Below, in pieces: positions 1 to 9,909 of a stretch of 64,000 nt of DNA (positions are counted from its first letter, which is position 1; each line of letters begins with the position of its first letter). Location: positions 97,596 through 161,595 of the forward strand of contig CAVXUZ010000005.1 in NCBI GenBank assembly GCA_963765125.1, given 5' to 3'. The notes under the pieces are model-generated. The model was not told the DNA's origin. It saw only the letters and a list, made by a program, of their open reading frames with translations, and did no database searches. The translations under genes and the position numbers were made by a program. This stretch comes from an uncultured candidate division WWE3 bacterium. GTDB lineage: Bacteria > Patescibacteriota > WWE3 > UBA101185 > UBA10185.

Positions 1-1542
1 ATTCCCAAAGAAAGCATTACTGACGCAAAGATTGATTTTATATATTTCGCGCAACTATAAGAATCAAGTTCTGAGTTTTTATAAAAAACCTCAAGCGCCC
101 TATTCTCTCTATAAGAATTATGTTTTTCATTAGAACCAATCACCTCGTATGTTCTACCAATTTCAAATAGCCTTACTTCAGGTATTCTAGCTTTTGAGTA
201 AGTTTGAAACACGTCTTTTAAAGTTGTTCTAATGCTAGTTCTCATGGCGCTTTTATCTGGAGAAAGTGCATTTGTTAAAATTACCTGATTCGTGGCTTTT
301 TCATCGATTTTAATTATTGGGTTGGTGATGTGTTCGTGAAAACCTAACCCAACCAAAGTGTCTCTGATGTAATCTTCGAAAACGTATAGTTTAGGTGTAA
401 TTTCTTTTGGAGGAGCAGCATTGATTTGGACCACAGGAATATTTTTATAATCATAGATTCTATAAATATCTGAAACAATATCGTCTTCAACAATTACGTC
501 AGTTCTAAAATATGGAATTTCCACTTCAAAACCTGTTACTTTTTCATCTACGATTTTATATTCTAGAGCCTCAAGTATTTCTTTAACTTTTGATTTATCA
601 AAATCTACACCACCAATCTTTTTAATTCTTTCATATCTTAATTCCATCTTTTGCGTTTTTGTTGGATTCGGATACCAATCATCATTTTCAAAGTATTCTC
701 CACCGGCAAGTTCTAAAATTAGATACGTTGCGCGTTCGATTGCTTTTTGAGTAAGTTCTGGGTGTAAAAATTTATCGCTTCTTAAAACTGTTTCATTTTG
801 TATTTTTAATGCCCTAGATGCTTTTCTAATTGCAACCTGATTATAGTTTCCTGCGTCGAGAATAATTTCTGTTGTGGTATCGGTAACTCCTGTTGAAGCA
901 CCACCCACGATTCCTCCCACAACAGTCGCCTCCCCTGCCTGTGTTAAAACAAAATTATCTTTTGTTAAAACAGCAATTTCTCCTAGAAGTGTAATTACTT
1001 TTTCTTCTGGTTTTGCACGTCTAATAACTATTTCTCTCGCTTTCATTTTTGACAAATCTTGTGCGTGAAGTGGCTGGCCATATTCGACCATCACATAATT
1101 AGTTATATCAACAATATTATTTATTGAAGGAATTCCATACGCTTCTAATCTACCTTTAAGCCAATCAGGTGATTTTTTAACTTTGATATTCTTAAATACT
1201 CTCGTATTAAATCTGTTCACAAGTTCAGGGCAATGTACTTCAATTTTTACTTTGTCTTTAGTTTCAAGACTTTTACCTTTTTCATTATGTATTTTTGGAT
1301 ATTTTAACTTCGCTCCTTCATAAGCAGCCAAATCTCTTGCGCATCCTAGTATGCTCAGCCAGTCCGATCGATCCATTCTGTGTTCAAGATCAAGTATGTC
1401 TGTTTTGTAGCCACCATTTTTATATTCCTGTACTGGCTTTATCTAGCATAAGACCAATTGCTGTAAAAGACGCCGCAGTTTTTTTAACTGGCGCATTTTT
1501 TAAATCAACATATTCTTTTAGCCACTCTAATGGTATTCTCAT
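1..1542 (-). CDS. pheT: Phenylalanine-tRNA ligase beta subunit (partial, runs off window); disrupted by a +1 frameshift near 1417-1445
   Basis: Reverse-strand translation from ATG at 1542 gives MRIPLEWLKEYVDLK... (PheT N-terminus), with ATGA overlap onto the pheS stop. After ~35 aa the frame stops; the +1 frame continues ...KPVQEYKNGGYKTDILDL... with B3/B4 and B5-like sequence to the window edge. Confidence 0.8.
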
Positions 1543-2546
1543 CTGTAGATCATTCCTCCGTAAAGCTTTCTAATATCATCAATACCAAATCTTTGCATAA
1601 CTAGGCGGTCGAGTCCCATTCCAAATGCAAAGCCAGTATATTTTTCAGGGTCGATTCCGCACATTTTTAAGGTGTTGTAATGAATCATCCCGCTGCCTAA
1701 AACCTCAATAAAACCTCTTTGTTTACAGACTGCACAGCCATCCCCGTTGCAGAATCTGCATTTCATATCCACACCCATCCCCGGAGAGACCTCTGGATAA
1801 TATTTATATCGGTATCGTAATTCCACGTCTTCGCCGAATAAAAATTTATGAAACGCTTCAAGCGTACCTTTGAGATGTTCCATTGTAATTCCTTCATCAA
1901 CGACAACTCCCTGATACTGGTGAAAAAATGCAGCGTTTGTATTATTTAAAGTTTCATTTCTAAAACATTTTCCAGGAAATGCAGCTCTAATAGGAGGTTT
2001 CTGCTCAGTTAGTATTCTAGCTTCAATGGATGAGGTATGTGACGACAATAAAACATCACCACCAATAAAAAGTGTATCTTGAAGATCTGTTGCAGGATGA
2101 CCTTCGGGTAAATTCAATTTTCTAAAATTAAACTCCTCGGTTTCGATTTCCGGCCCTTCAACTATCGAGTATCCGTAATATCTAAAAAAATCATTCATTT
2201 CTCTAATTACTTGCGTTGTTGGATGAAGCATTCCTGCTGAGGCGGGTCGTTCCGGGTAAGTTAAATCAATTAACGGGTCTGTAAGTGTGAGTTCTTGAAC
2301 TTCTACTTTTCTTTTTTCGACGTCTGCCTTAAGTTCATTTTGTAAAGTATTTATAATAGGGCCAAATTCTTTTTTTCCTTCTATTGGGAGCTCAGCCAAC
2401 ATTTTCATTATTTCAGTCACTTGGCCATGTTTTTTAGAGAAGAGCCCAAGGTAAACAGCGTCAAGCTCTGCTATAGACGTAGATTTATCAATTTTTTCTT
2501 TTGTGGATTTATTAACTTCGTTAATCTTTGCTTCAATCGGGTTCAT
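1539..2546 (-). CDS. pheS: Phenylalanine-tRNA ligase alpha subunit
   Basis: 335-aa ORF with class II aaRS motifs (FPGKCFRNE, GFAFGMGLDRL); conserved position upstream of pheT. Confidence 0.95.
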   Translation of the reverse strand: MNPIEAKINEVNKSTKEKIDKSTSIAELDAVYLGLFSKKHGQVTEIMKMLAELPIEGKKEFGPIINTLQNELKADVEKRKVEVQELTLTDPLIDLTYPERPASAGMLHPTTQVIREMNDFFRYYGYSIVEGPEIETEEFNFRKLNLPEGHPATDLQDTLFIGGDVLLSSHTSSIEARILTEQKPPIRAAFPGKCFRNETLNNTNAAFFHQYQGVVVDEGITMEHLKGTLEAFHKFLFGEDVELRYRYKYYPEVSPGMGVDMKCRFCNGDGCAVCKQRGFIEVLGSGMIHYNTLKMCGIDPEKYTGFAFGMGLDRLVMQRFGIDDIRKLYGGMIYR

Positions 2547-2585
2547 ATGGAACAGGCCTTATACTTTATTATACCTAAGAAAAGA

Positions 2586-2945
2586 TTACTTATTAAAGGT
2601 TTCTTTTACTTTAAGTACTACCTGTTCAAATGCGCTGGGTTGGGTTACAGCCAAATCTGATAGTGATTTTCTGTCTAATTCAATTTTTGCTGTTTTTAAA
2701 CCTTTAATAAATGTACTGTAGTTTACTTCAAAAGGTTTCAATGCAGCGTTTATTCTTACAATCCAAAGTCTTCTCAACGCTCTTCGTCTTATTTTTCTTC
2801 CACCAAATGCGCGCTCGCCTGATCTAAGAACAGCCTCATGAGCTCTAGCAAAAAGCTTGCTTCTTGTTCCTCTATAACCCTTAGCAAGTTTTACAATTTT
2901 TGCATGTTTTGCGTGTTTTCTTTGTCCGTTTTTAACTCTAGGCAT
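2586..2945 (-). CDS. rplT: 50S ribosomal protein L20
   Basis: 119-aa basic protein [26 protein letters not shown]...; sits in the infC-rpmI-rplT operon. Confidence 0.95.
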   Translation of the reverse strand: MPRVKNGQRKHAKHAKIVKLAKGYRGTRSKLFARAHEAVLRSGERAFGGRKIRRRALRRLWIVRINAALKPFEVNYSTFIKGLKTAKIELDRKSLSDLAVTQPSAFEQVVLKVKETFNK

Positions 2946-3141
2946 GATTTCCTAACATCTTTCTTAATTTTTTAATATGACCTTTATTGCCTACAGATAC
3001 TTTTCTTAGTTTTCTAAATCTTTTACTGGTGCTCCATTTAACTTTAAGGTGGCCGGTATTTATTTGGCCATGAACAAGTTTTCCTGTTTTTGTAACTCTA
3101 AATCTTTTTAGTAATGTTTTTCTTGTTTTTAGTTTTCCCAT
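2938..3141 (-). CDS. rpmI: 50S ribosomal protein L35
   Basis: 67-aa Lys/Arg-rich [24 protein letters not shown]... between infC and rplT. Confidence 0.9.
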   Translation of the reverse strand: MGKLKTRKTLLKRFRVTKTGKLVHGQINTGHLKVKWSTSKRFRKLRKVSVGNKGHIKKLRKMLGNHA

Positions 3142-3145
3142 ATTT

Positions 3146-3691
3146 TTATATTTTCACGAACGTTGCCGTAATTAAATTACCTTTTAGCTTTATATCGCGC
3201 TCTTCTACCTTTGCTACGTCCCTTAACTCATTAATTACGTGCTCAATCTTTTTCATGCCGATATCTGGGTAGATCATTTCTCGGCCTTTGAACTTGACGC
3301 TAATTTTAACCTTATTTCCCTCTAAAAGAAACTCCCTAGTTCTTGCGATTCTGACTTGAAGGTCTCCTTCGCCAATTGTGGGTCCAAAGATAAACTCTTT
3401 AATCTCACTTTTATGCGATTTTGCCTTAACAGCCGACATCTTTTTACGTTCTTCGTATAAAAATTTGCTGTATTCAAGTATTTTCGCAACGGGAGGATTA
3501 GCTTTTTCAGAGATTAAGACTAAATCCAATTCCTCATTTCTTGCTCTTCTCAAAGCATCTTGAGTACTAACAACACCGATGTTTTCGCCTTTGCTACCAA
3601 TCAATCTTACTTCAGGCGCCCTGATTCTCTCATTGACGAAGTGTTTTTCTCGCTTAAAGTAACGGTTTGCCTGTTTAAAAATAAATGCCAT
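3146..3691 (-). CDS. infC: Translation initiation factor IF-3
   Basis: 181 aa with IRAPEVRLIGSKGENIGVVS... typical of IF3 N/C domains; lies immediately after thrS. Confidence 0.9.
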   Translation of the reverse strand: MAFIFKQANRYFKREKHFVNERIRAPEVRLIGSKGENIGVVSTQDALRRARNEELDLVLISEKANPPVAKILEYSKFLYEERKKMSAVKAKSHKSEIKEFIFGPTIGEGDLQVRIARTREFLLEGNKVKISVKFKGREMIYPDIGMKKIEHVINELRDVAKVEERDIKLKGNLITATFVKI

Positions 3692-3706
3692 ATTCGCTTA
3701 TGATTT

Positions 3707-5503
3707 TTACCACAGCTTGAGGCTTCTGGTCAAATAGATATTTTTAATTGTCTCAATTACCTCATCTATTTGAAGGTCGTTTTTCTGCTCTCCAGTTCTT
3801 AACCTGATACTCAATTTATTACTTTGGGCTTCCTTGTCACCTAAAACGATCATATACGGTATTTTTTGGTTTTGAGCGTCTCTGATCTTTGCTCCCATAG
3901 ATTCACTTTTATCATTCAGTTCAACTCTTAACCCTGCCTCGATTAACTTACTTTTCACAGTTTTTGCGTATTCTACGTGCTTATCGCTGATCGTAATAAT
4001 TTCTATTTGGATTGGTGATAGCCAAACTGGGAAATTACCACCGTAATGTTCGATTAAAAAGCCGACAAATCTTTCATGACTGCCGAGTGGAGCACGGTGA
4101 ATTACTGCACAAAGTTTCTTTTCACCATTCTGGTCGGCGTACTCGAGACCGAATCTGGTAGGCATATATAAATCGAGTTGATTTGTCGATATTGAAAATT
4201 CTCTACCGATTGATGAAATAATATTAAAATCTATTTTAGGTCCATAAAACGCTGCGCCACCGATGTCTTCAACTGTTTTAATTCCTGATTTTTCTATTGC
4301 GCTTCTCATAATCTTTTCTGCGAGGGCCCAGGTTTTCTTATCGCCGTGATATTTATCCCACTTTTCTGGATCAGGAAGACCTATGACAATGTAGTAATCG
4401 TCTCTGCTCAAACCTAAAATCTCATAATAATATTCATGTAGTTTAATTACGTCCAAAAACTCCTTTTCAGCGTCTTCCATCGTGCAGTAAACATGTGCAT
4501 CGTTTTGTGCAATCGACCTTACTCTCATAAGGCCAAAAAGTGTTCCAGATTGTTCAAACCTGTAAACTGTGCCGTATTCAGCATATCGTAGGGGTAAATC
4601 GCGGTATGATTTGGGCGAAGACTTAAATATTTCATGATGATGAGGGCAGTTCATGCCCTTAAGGTAATAGTCTTCGTCGTCAATGGTCATGGGGCTGTAC
4701 ATATCATCTTTGTAATATGGAAGGTGCCCTGAAATCTCATAAAGTTTACCTTTTGCAATATGCGGTGTAGCAACTCTGACATACCCCCACTCCTTTTCGG
4801 TTTCTTTTGCCCATCTCTCAAGCTCTTCCCTAATTACAGTTCCTTTAGGGGTCCACAAAGGAAGACCTGGGCCAACGTTATCTGAAAAAGTAAACAAATC
4901 TAACTCTTTGCCTAATTTTCTATGATCACGTTTTTTTGCCTCTTCTAGTCTGTTTAGGTAATCATCGAGTTTTTCTTTAGTCTCAAATGCGGTAGCATAA
5001 ATTCTTTGTAGCATTTTATTTTTTTCACTGCCTTTGTAGTAAGCTCCTGCTACGCTTAAAAGTTTAAACGCCTTTACGTCACCGGTTTTTTTCGTGTGGT
5101 GGCCCATACACAAATCCACGTCTCGTGGTTTTTCTTTATCTCCCATTACGCAGATAGTAATGTCCTCACCTCTTTTAACGATTTCATCTAGATTGTTCAG
5201 TTTATATTCATTTCCTTTAAATAACGCTTTAGCTTCTTTTTCGGTTACCTTCTCCATTTTTAACGGTAAATCAGCGTCGATAATCTCCTGCATTCTTTTT
5301 TCTATGGTTGGAAAGTCTTCGGGGCTAATAATTGTATCCAAATCAAAATCAAAGTAAAAACCATGCTCAATTGGCGGCCCCATAACAAGCTTAATATCAG
5401 GGTAAAGCTCACGCATTGCCGTATGAAGAACATGTTCAGCTGAATGCCTTAGTGGCATTAATGGATCATCTTTTAACTTTTCGATTACTTTTTCTTTTGA
5501 CAT
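3707..5503 (-). CDS. thrS: Threonine-tRNA ligase
   Basis: 598 aa with class II core motifs (YRFEQSGTLFGLMRVRS, GGAAFYGPKIDF) and the anticodon-binding C-terminus. Confidence 0.95.
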   Translation of the reverse strand: MSKEKVIEKLKDDPLMPLRHSAEHVLHTAMRELYPDIKLVMGPPIEHGFYFDFDLDTIISPEDFPTIEKRMQEIIDADLPLKMEKVTEKEAKALFKGNEYKLNNLDEIVKRGEDITICVMGDKEKPRDVDLCMGHHTKKTGDVKAFKLLSVAGAYYKGSEKNKMLQRIYATAFETKEKLDDYLNRLEEAKKRDHRKLGKELDLFTFSDNVGPGLPLWTPKGTVIREELERWAKETEKEWGYVRVATPHIAKGKLYEISGHLPYYKDDMYSPMTIDDEDYYLKGMNCPHHHEIFKSSPKSYRDLPLRYAEYGTVYRFEQSGTLFGLMRVRSIAQNDAHVYCTMEDAEKEFLDVIKLHEYYYEILGLSRDDYYIVIGLPDPEKWDKYHGDKKTWALAEKIMRSAIEKSGIKTVEDIGGAAFYGPKIDFNIISSIGREFSISTNQLDLYMPTRFGLEYADQNGEKKLCAVIHRAPLGSHERFVGFLIEHYGGNFPVWLSPIQIEIITISDKHVEYAKTVKSKLIEAGLRVELNDKSESMGAKIRDAQNQKIPYMIVLGDKEAQSNKLSIRLRTGEQKNDLQIDEVIETIKNIYLTRSLKLW

Positions 5504-5599
5504 AGCAATTTCGTTTCTATGATAACCTTTTTTTGAGTTTCAATAAATACTTATTTTTATTGTAGAACGCTAGTTTGGCTATTCTGGTATAAATATAGT

Positions 5600-6298
5600 G
5601 TGATAATTAACGTATACAAAGAAAAAAATTGGACAAGTTTTGATGTAGTTGCAAAGGTCAGGGGTTACCTAAGAGCAATTACTAGTGATAAAAAAATAAA
5701 AGTTGGGCACGCAGGCACTTTAGACCCGCTGGCAGAAGGTGTTCTGTTAGTACTAACTGGTGAAGATACAAAAAACCAAGATAGATTTATGGAATTTGAA
5801 AAAGAATACGATGCAGTGATAGGATTTGGTGTTGCATCTCCGACTTACGATCTCGAAGGACCATTAAAAATTACCAAACCAGTCAAAGACATAGATCTAA
5901 AAAATACTCTTGAAGAGAAGTTAACTAAGTATCTTGGAGAATTTGAACAAAAAGTACCTCCCTACTCTGCCGTAAAGGTAAGTGGCAAACCTTTATATAA
6001 AAGTGCACGCAAGGGCGACTTGTCTGAAAACATGCTTCCAGTGAAAAAAGTAAAAATATATGATATTAAAATTCTTGATTACGGAGTTAGAGAAAACATA
6101 GCTGGGGTAAGTATTCCCACGGTGAGAATTCTTGTAAGGTGTGCTAAGGGAACTTACATAAGATCTCTCGCGCACGATCTCGGTGAAGACCTCGGTGTTG
6201 GCGCAATTTTGCTAGATTTAATAAGAACAGGTGTTGGTGATTATCGTATCGAGAATTCTATAAAAATAAGTGAATTACCAAACAAATTAAAAATGTAG
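5600..6298 (+). CDS. truB: tRNA pseudouridine(55) synthase
   Basis: GTG start; GHAGTLDPLAEGVLLV catalytic motif. Confidence 0.9.
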   Translation: MIINVYKEKNWTSFDVVAKVRGYLRAITSDKKIKVGHAGTLDPLAEGVLLVLTGEDTKNQDRFMEFEKEYDAVIGFGVASPTYDLEGPLKITKPVKDIDLKNTLEEKLTKYLGEFEQKVPPYSAVKVSGKPLYKSARKGDLSENMLPVKKVKIYDIKILDYGVRENIAGVSIPTVRILVRCAKGTYIRSLAHDLGEDLGVGAILLDLIRTGVGDYRIENSIKISELPNKLKM

Positions 6299-7216
6299 AG
6301 TTTCTTTTTCCACCATTACCTTACTGATTTTGAGAAAGCCTGTCTTTTTAGCAACATAAAAAACAACGTTGATCATGATTGTATAAATCAGAAAGGTAAA
6401 GAACCCGATAAATTGCATCAACCCAAACATCAAAATAGCCATAACTGGGTTTAGAAACCTCTTGTAAGGTTCAATAATGTTATTTACTTCACTTTCTACC
6501 GTCGACCTAATTGACATCTTTGGCAAGTCAATATTTTTAAAATTAGGAAAAGCGTTTAATAGGGTAGAACTTTCTGAGTACTCAAGTTTCGCTGGATCCA
6601 GCCCCAATGCTGTAAGTCTATTTAATTGATCGGCAGGCAGCCCCTCATTTACTTGTTGAACCATTTCCTGATTAATTTTTGGTGCAATATACTTTTCCGC
6701 GAGATCAGCAGCTTTTGAGCCAAGGTTGAGTTCAGGTTGGCTGCCTGTTGAAATTAAAACGAGAATGGTTGCAGTGATACTGTATGCAAGAATAATTCCT
6801 TTTGAAGAGTACCTTAAGATAATATTAGGATTAAATTTAATCATTTGGTTACGTAAAAGACTCGCCAAAAAATTATCATAAATAATTAGCCAGATAACGA
6901 TAAAAGAGATGATAATGGCGTACGCAGAATTTATAGGGAAGATTACTAAAAATATACCTGCAGCTACTGATAAGGGTGCAAAAACAAACTGTTCCCATTT
7001 GTACCATGAACCAGAGCCAAGTGCGTTTGTTATTAGGATTAAAGTTAAAAACAGAACCGACAATCCCAAAAACTTAAAGTCGGGCGTGAAGTAGTTTTGT
7101 TTTTCAATAAACTGCGCGATAAGCTTTGTGAGTAAAAATGATTCACCAACAATAAATAAAGAAATCACAGTGGTTTTAATGTAATAAGAGAGTGTTTTTT
7201 TAACTGATTCATCCAC
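6287..7216 (-). CDS. Hypothetical polytopic membrane protein
   Basis: 309-aa ORF with multiple hydrophobic segments; no recognisable motif. Confidence 0.55.
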   Translation of the reverse strand: MDESVKKTLSYYIKTTVISLFIVGESFLLTKLIAQFIEKQNYFTPDFKFLGLSVLFLTLILITNALGSGSWYKWEQFVFAPLSVAAGIFLVIFPINSAYAIIISFIVIWLIIYDNFLASLLRNQMIKFNPNIILRYSSKGIILAYSITATILVLISTGSQPELNLGSKAADLAEKYIAPKINQEMVQQVNEGLPADQLNRLTALGLDPAKLEYSESSTLLNAFPNFKNIDLPKMSIRSTVESEVNNIIEPYKRFLNPVMAILMFGLMQFIGFFTFLIYTIMINVVFYVAKKTGFLKISKVMVEKETLHF

Positions 7217-7249
7217 CTATTTATGATAGCAGATATTTTGTAAAGAAAT

Positions 7250-7283
7250 AAAAAAAGGGCTGAAAGTAAATTAATTTCAGCCC
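7250..7283 (-). terminator. Rho-independent terminator (GGGCTGAAA...TTTCAGCCC hairpin plus U-run on the minus strand)
   Basis: Perfect 9-bp stem at 7257-7283 preceded on the + strand by an A7 run; directly downstream of the 7290 gene. Confidence 0.7.
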
Positions 7284-7289
7284 TAACTG

Positions 7290-7856
7290 TTATTGCGGAA
7301 TAAACTTCATACCCAGATCGTTTGTAATCGTTACCAGAAGTTCGAGTGTTTCTTGCGGACTAAGCGCTGATATACATTGATCGAGCACTTCAGCAAGCAT
7401 TATCATATCCTTTGTTTCTAAAGAGTGTGCGAGCGCCGCCTGTGAGACTACTTTGTTAATAGGCACCGACTGCGTAGGTTGGCTAGTGTTTTCTATGTAC
7501 CGCTGCTTAGCTTCTTGAAAAGCAACGTGAGGGCTAAAAAACATCGACCCAATGTACTGACGACCGATATAAAGCTCTTCCCAGGAGTATGAGGCGACCT
7601 TTATTGCCTCATCAACCCCGATCCCTGCTGCGAGATCCTTTAGTACGCACCTGAACTGCATGCGATCATTATTTCTAAAGGCTGCTTCTAAAACAAGAAA
7701 ACGTGAAAATACCCACTTTGCTTTATTTTGCTGGTAAAGCTTTAGCCCAGCCTCATCGACATCCCCCGGCACAAACATTTTCAACGTTGAAAATAATTCA
7801 TTCGGATCAAATTTTTCTTTTGTTACCGTATTGGAAACATCAAGTTGGTCACTCAT
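7290..7856 (-). CDS. Hypothetical protein (start moved to the internal ATG at 7856)
   Basis: The ORF-track N-terminal extension (7857-8087) runs into the tRNA-Val trailer repeats; the ATG at 7856 has an AGGGAGAT RBS. Confidence 0.5.
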   Translation of the reverse strand: MSDQLDVSNTVTKEKFDPNELFSTLKMFVPGDVDEAGLKLYQQNKAKWVFSRFLVLEAAFRNNDRMQFRCVLKDLAAGIGVDEAIKVASYSWEELYIGRQYIGSMFFSPHVAFQEAKQRYIENTSQPTQSVPINKVVSQAALAHSLETKDMIMLAEVLDQCISALSPQETLELLVTITNDLGMKFIPQ

Positions 7857-7983
7857 ATATATCTCCCTTCTCTGATAGTTGTGTGAAATTATAGCAGATT
7901 TATATAATTTTGGATAAAAGCGAACAGGTTTTTTGTGTGCACAAAAAAATACGTCCGCAAAAAATGCGGACTTAATTTTTATG

Positions 7984-8119
7984 GTGGCAAATCGTCGCTT
8001 TGCTCCTATTGCACGCCAACTCACTAAGCTCGAGTACGAGCAAGCGATTTGGTGGCAAATCGTCGCTTTGCTCCTATTGCACGCCAACTCACTAAGCTCA
8101 CTACGTTCGCTAAGTGATT
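7984..8119 (-). repeat. Two tandem ~67-nt copies of a tRNA 3'-trailer repeat abutting the tRNA-Val CCA end
   Basis: ggtggcaaatcgtcgctttgctcctattgcacgccaactcactaagctc appears twice (7984-8050, 8051-8119). The same motif family follows tRNA-Leu(TAG) at 17108-17137 and the tRNA-Trp 3' duplicate at 41268-41335. Confidence 0.8.
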
Positions 8120-8196
8120 TGGTGAGCCCACCTGGACTCGAACCAGGGACCTCTACGATGTCAACGTAGCGCTCTAACCAGCTGAGCTATGAGCTC
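8120..8196 (-). tRNA. tRNA-Val (anticodon GAC), CCA encoded
   Basis: Manual fold: acceptor GAGCUCA/UGGGCUC, anticodon stem CUACG/CGUAG with loop UUGACAU, T-loop UUCGAGU, terminal ACCA. Confidence 0.85.
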
Positions 8197-8322
8197 TCAC
8201 CTAAAAGCAATTACCAAACAACGAACTACAAAACGCAAGAAACAATATCTAAAGCATTGAGATTTTATCTGTAAAAACAATCAAAATCAATAGCAACAAT
8301 TACACATGCTTTATCAAAAAGA

Positions 8323-8940
8323 TTACTTCTTTCTAGGAGTCAAAACCTTATCAATTATTCCATACTCAATTGTTTCTTTTGTGTCCATCCATTTATCGCG
8401 TTCAATATCGTCTAAAACTTTTTTAAATTCTTGTCCAGTATTTTCAGCAATTAATTGTGCATAGACTTCTTTGCTTTTTACCATTTCTTTTGCTTCGATC
8501 TCGATGTCGGTAGCAGTTCCTTCAAGTCCACCTCCCATAATTCTTGTTTGGTGAATCATCGATTTTGCATGTGGAAGAGCAAATCTTTTACCTTTTGTTC
8601 CTGCGCAAAGTAGTAAAGCAGCGGCAGACGCAGCGAGTCCAACATTAATTGTGCTGACCTCATTTTTTACGTGCTTTATCGTGTCGTACATTGCTTTTCC
8701 AGCGTAGGTTACTCCACCCTCTGAGTTGATGTAGACGTTGATGTCCCTCTCAGGATCAGTGCTTTCTAAGAACAGCATTTGGGCAATAAATGTGTTAGCA
8801 ACACCCATATCGATTGGTCCAGTTACAAACACAATAAAGTCTTTTAACAATCTTGAATAAATATCGTACGATCTTTCCATTCCACTTGGGTCTTTTTCAA
8901 CTACGATGGGTACTAAAGTGTTATCTCTTTTATTTATCAT
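8323..8940 (-). CDS. clpP: ATP-dependent Clp protease proteolytic subunit
   Basis: 205 aa; INSEGGVTYAGKAMYD / GLAASAAALLLCAG active-site region. Confidence 0.9.
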   Translation of the reverse strand: MINKRDNTLVPIVVEKDPSGMERSYDIYSRLLKDFIVFVTGPIDMGVANTFIAQMLFLESTDPERDINVYINSEGGVTYAGKAMYDTIKHVKNEVSTINVGLAASAAALLLCAGTKGKRFALPHAKSMIHQTRIMGGGLEGTATDIEIEAKEMVKSKEVYAQLIAENTGQEFKKVLDDIERDKWMDTKETIEYGIIDKVLTPRKK

Positions 8941-9829
8941 GATGGTTTTCTCCTTCAGTTTCTTTAATTAAACTTTCTATAATTTTATTCTTTTCCAAAA
9001 TTGCTCTAATGTAAAGTCTTTGCATCGGGTCTTTTAGCTGTTCTTTTGTTGCTTCTTCTTCAACGCCTTCAAAAGCCTTATCAATTTCTTCATCTTTAAC
9101 TTCAACTTTTTCTTCTTTAATTACTTCGCTTAGAACAAGTTCTCCTCTAATGTTTTGTTCTGCGATTTTTGTGTAGCTCTCTTTTAGCTGTTCCATCGTA
9201 ATGCCTTGCGCTTTTAAGTAGTCTTCAGTTTTCATTCCTGCTGCTAAAACTTGATCAACCATTCTTGCGATTAGTCTGTTTAATTCTTCTTCGATTAAAA
9301 TATCTGGTACATCAAATGTTGAGCTATTTATCAAAACCTCTACAACATCAGATGGATGTAAATGTGCATGTGAGTGAGAAATATCCTCGCCCTTTTTCAA
9401 CTTTTCTGCAATTTCTTTTTTCACTTCCTTGTTTTTATTTTCGTAATATTTTTTGAGCTCACTTCTATAATCTTTTAATTTTATTTCGGGCTTCATTGCA
9501 ACTGTAGCGACAAATTCAAAGTCTTTTTCCATCTCAAACTCTTTAATTTCCACTTTTGGGTTGGAGATTGGCATAATATGGTGCTCCTTCAATGCTTGTG
9601 GATAATAAAGCTGCAAAAGTTGATTAATTACATCACCATAAAGTGCTGATACACCGAGCTTTTGTTCTACTTTTTCCTTTGGTGCTTGGCCTTTTCTAAA
9701 GCCTGGAACCTCTGTTTCTTTTACAGCCTGGTCCAATACCCTATTATAAGTATCTTTCACGTACTGATTTTCAACAGTAACAGTGATATTTAGTTGTGAA
9801 TTCTTGATTTTTTCGACGTTTACTTTCAT
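8930..9829 (-). CDS. tig: Trigger factor (short form)
   Basis: 299 aa; N-terminal PGFRKGQAPKEKV ribosome-binding motif; directly upstream of clpP as in the conserved tig-clpP arrangement. Confidence 0.8.
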   Translation of the reverse strand: MKVNVEKIKNSQLNITVTVENQYVKDTYNRVLDQAVKETEVPGFRKGQAPKEKVEQKLGVSALYGDVINQLLQLYYPQALKEHHIMPISNPKVEIKEFEMEKDFEFVATVAMKPEIKLKDYRSELKKYYENKNKEVKKEIAEKLKKGEDISHSHAHLHPSDVVEVLINSSTFDVPDILIEEELNRLIARMVDQVLAAGMKTEDYLKAQGITMEQLKESYTKIAEQNIRGELVLSEVIKEEKVEVKDEEIDKAFEGVEEEATKEQLKDPMQRLYIRAILEKNKIIESLIKETEGENHHDK

Positions 9830-9909
9830 AGTAGCGAATATTTTAGCACACTTTGGTGTAAATTGATAAGAATTTACATCACAACCCTACTATTTGCTGT
9901 ATCTACGGT

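Noticed and set aside
1539-5503. Possible leader or attenuator upstream of thrS or pheS
   Set aside because: The intergenic spaces (5504-5599 and 2547-2585) are short and AT-rich with no convincing T-box or leader-peptide structure. Only generic promoter-like hexamers are present, so it is not reported as a feature.
7933-8169. 78-aa '+' ORF across the tRNA-Val trailer repeats and tRNA-Val
   Set aside because: It is produced by the tandem 67-nt repeat and overlaps the tRNA antisense.
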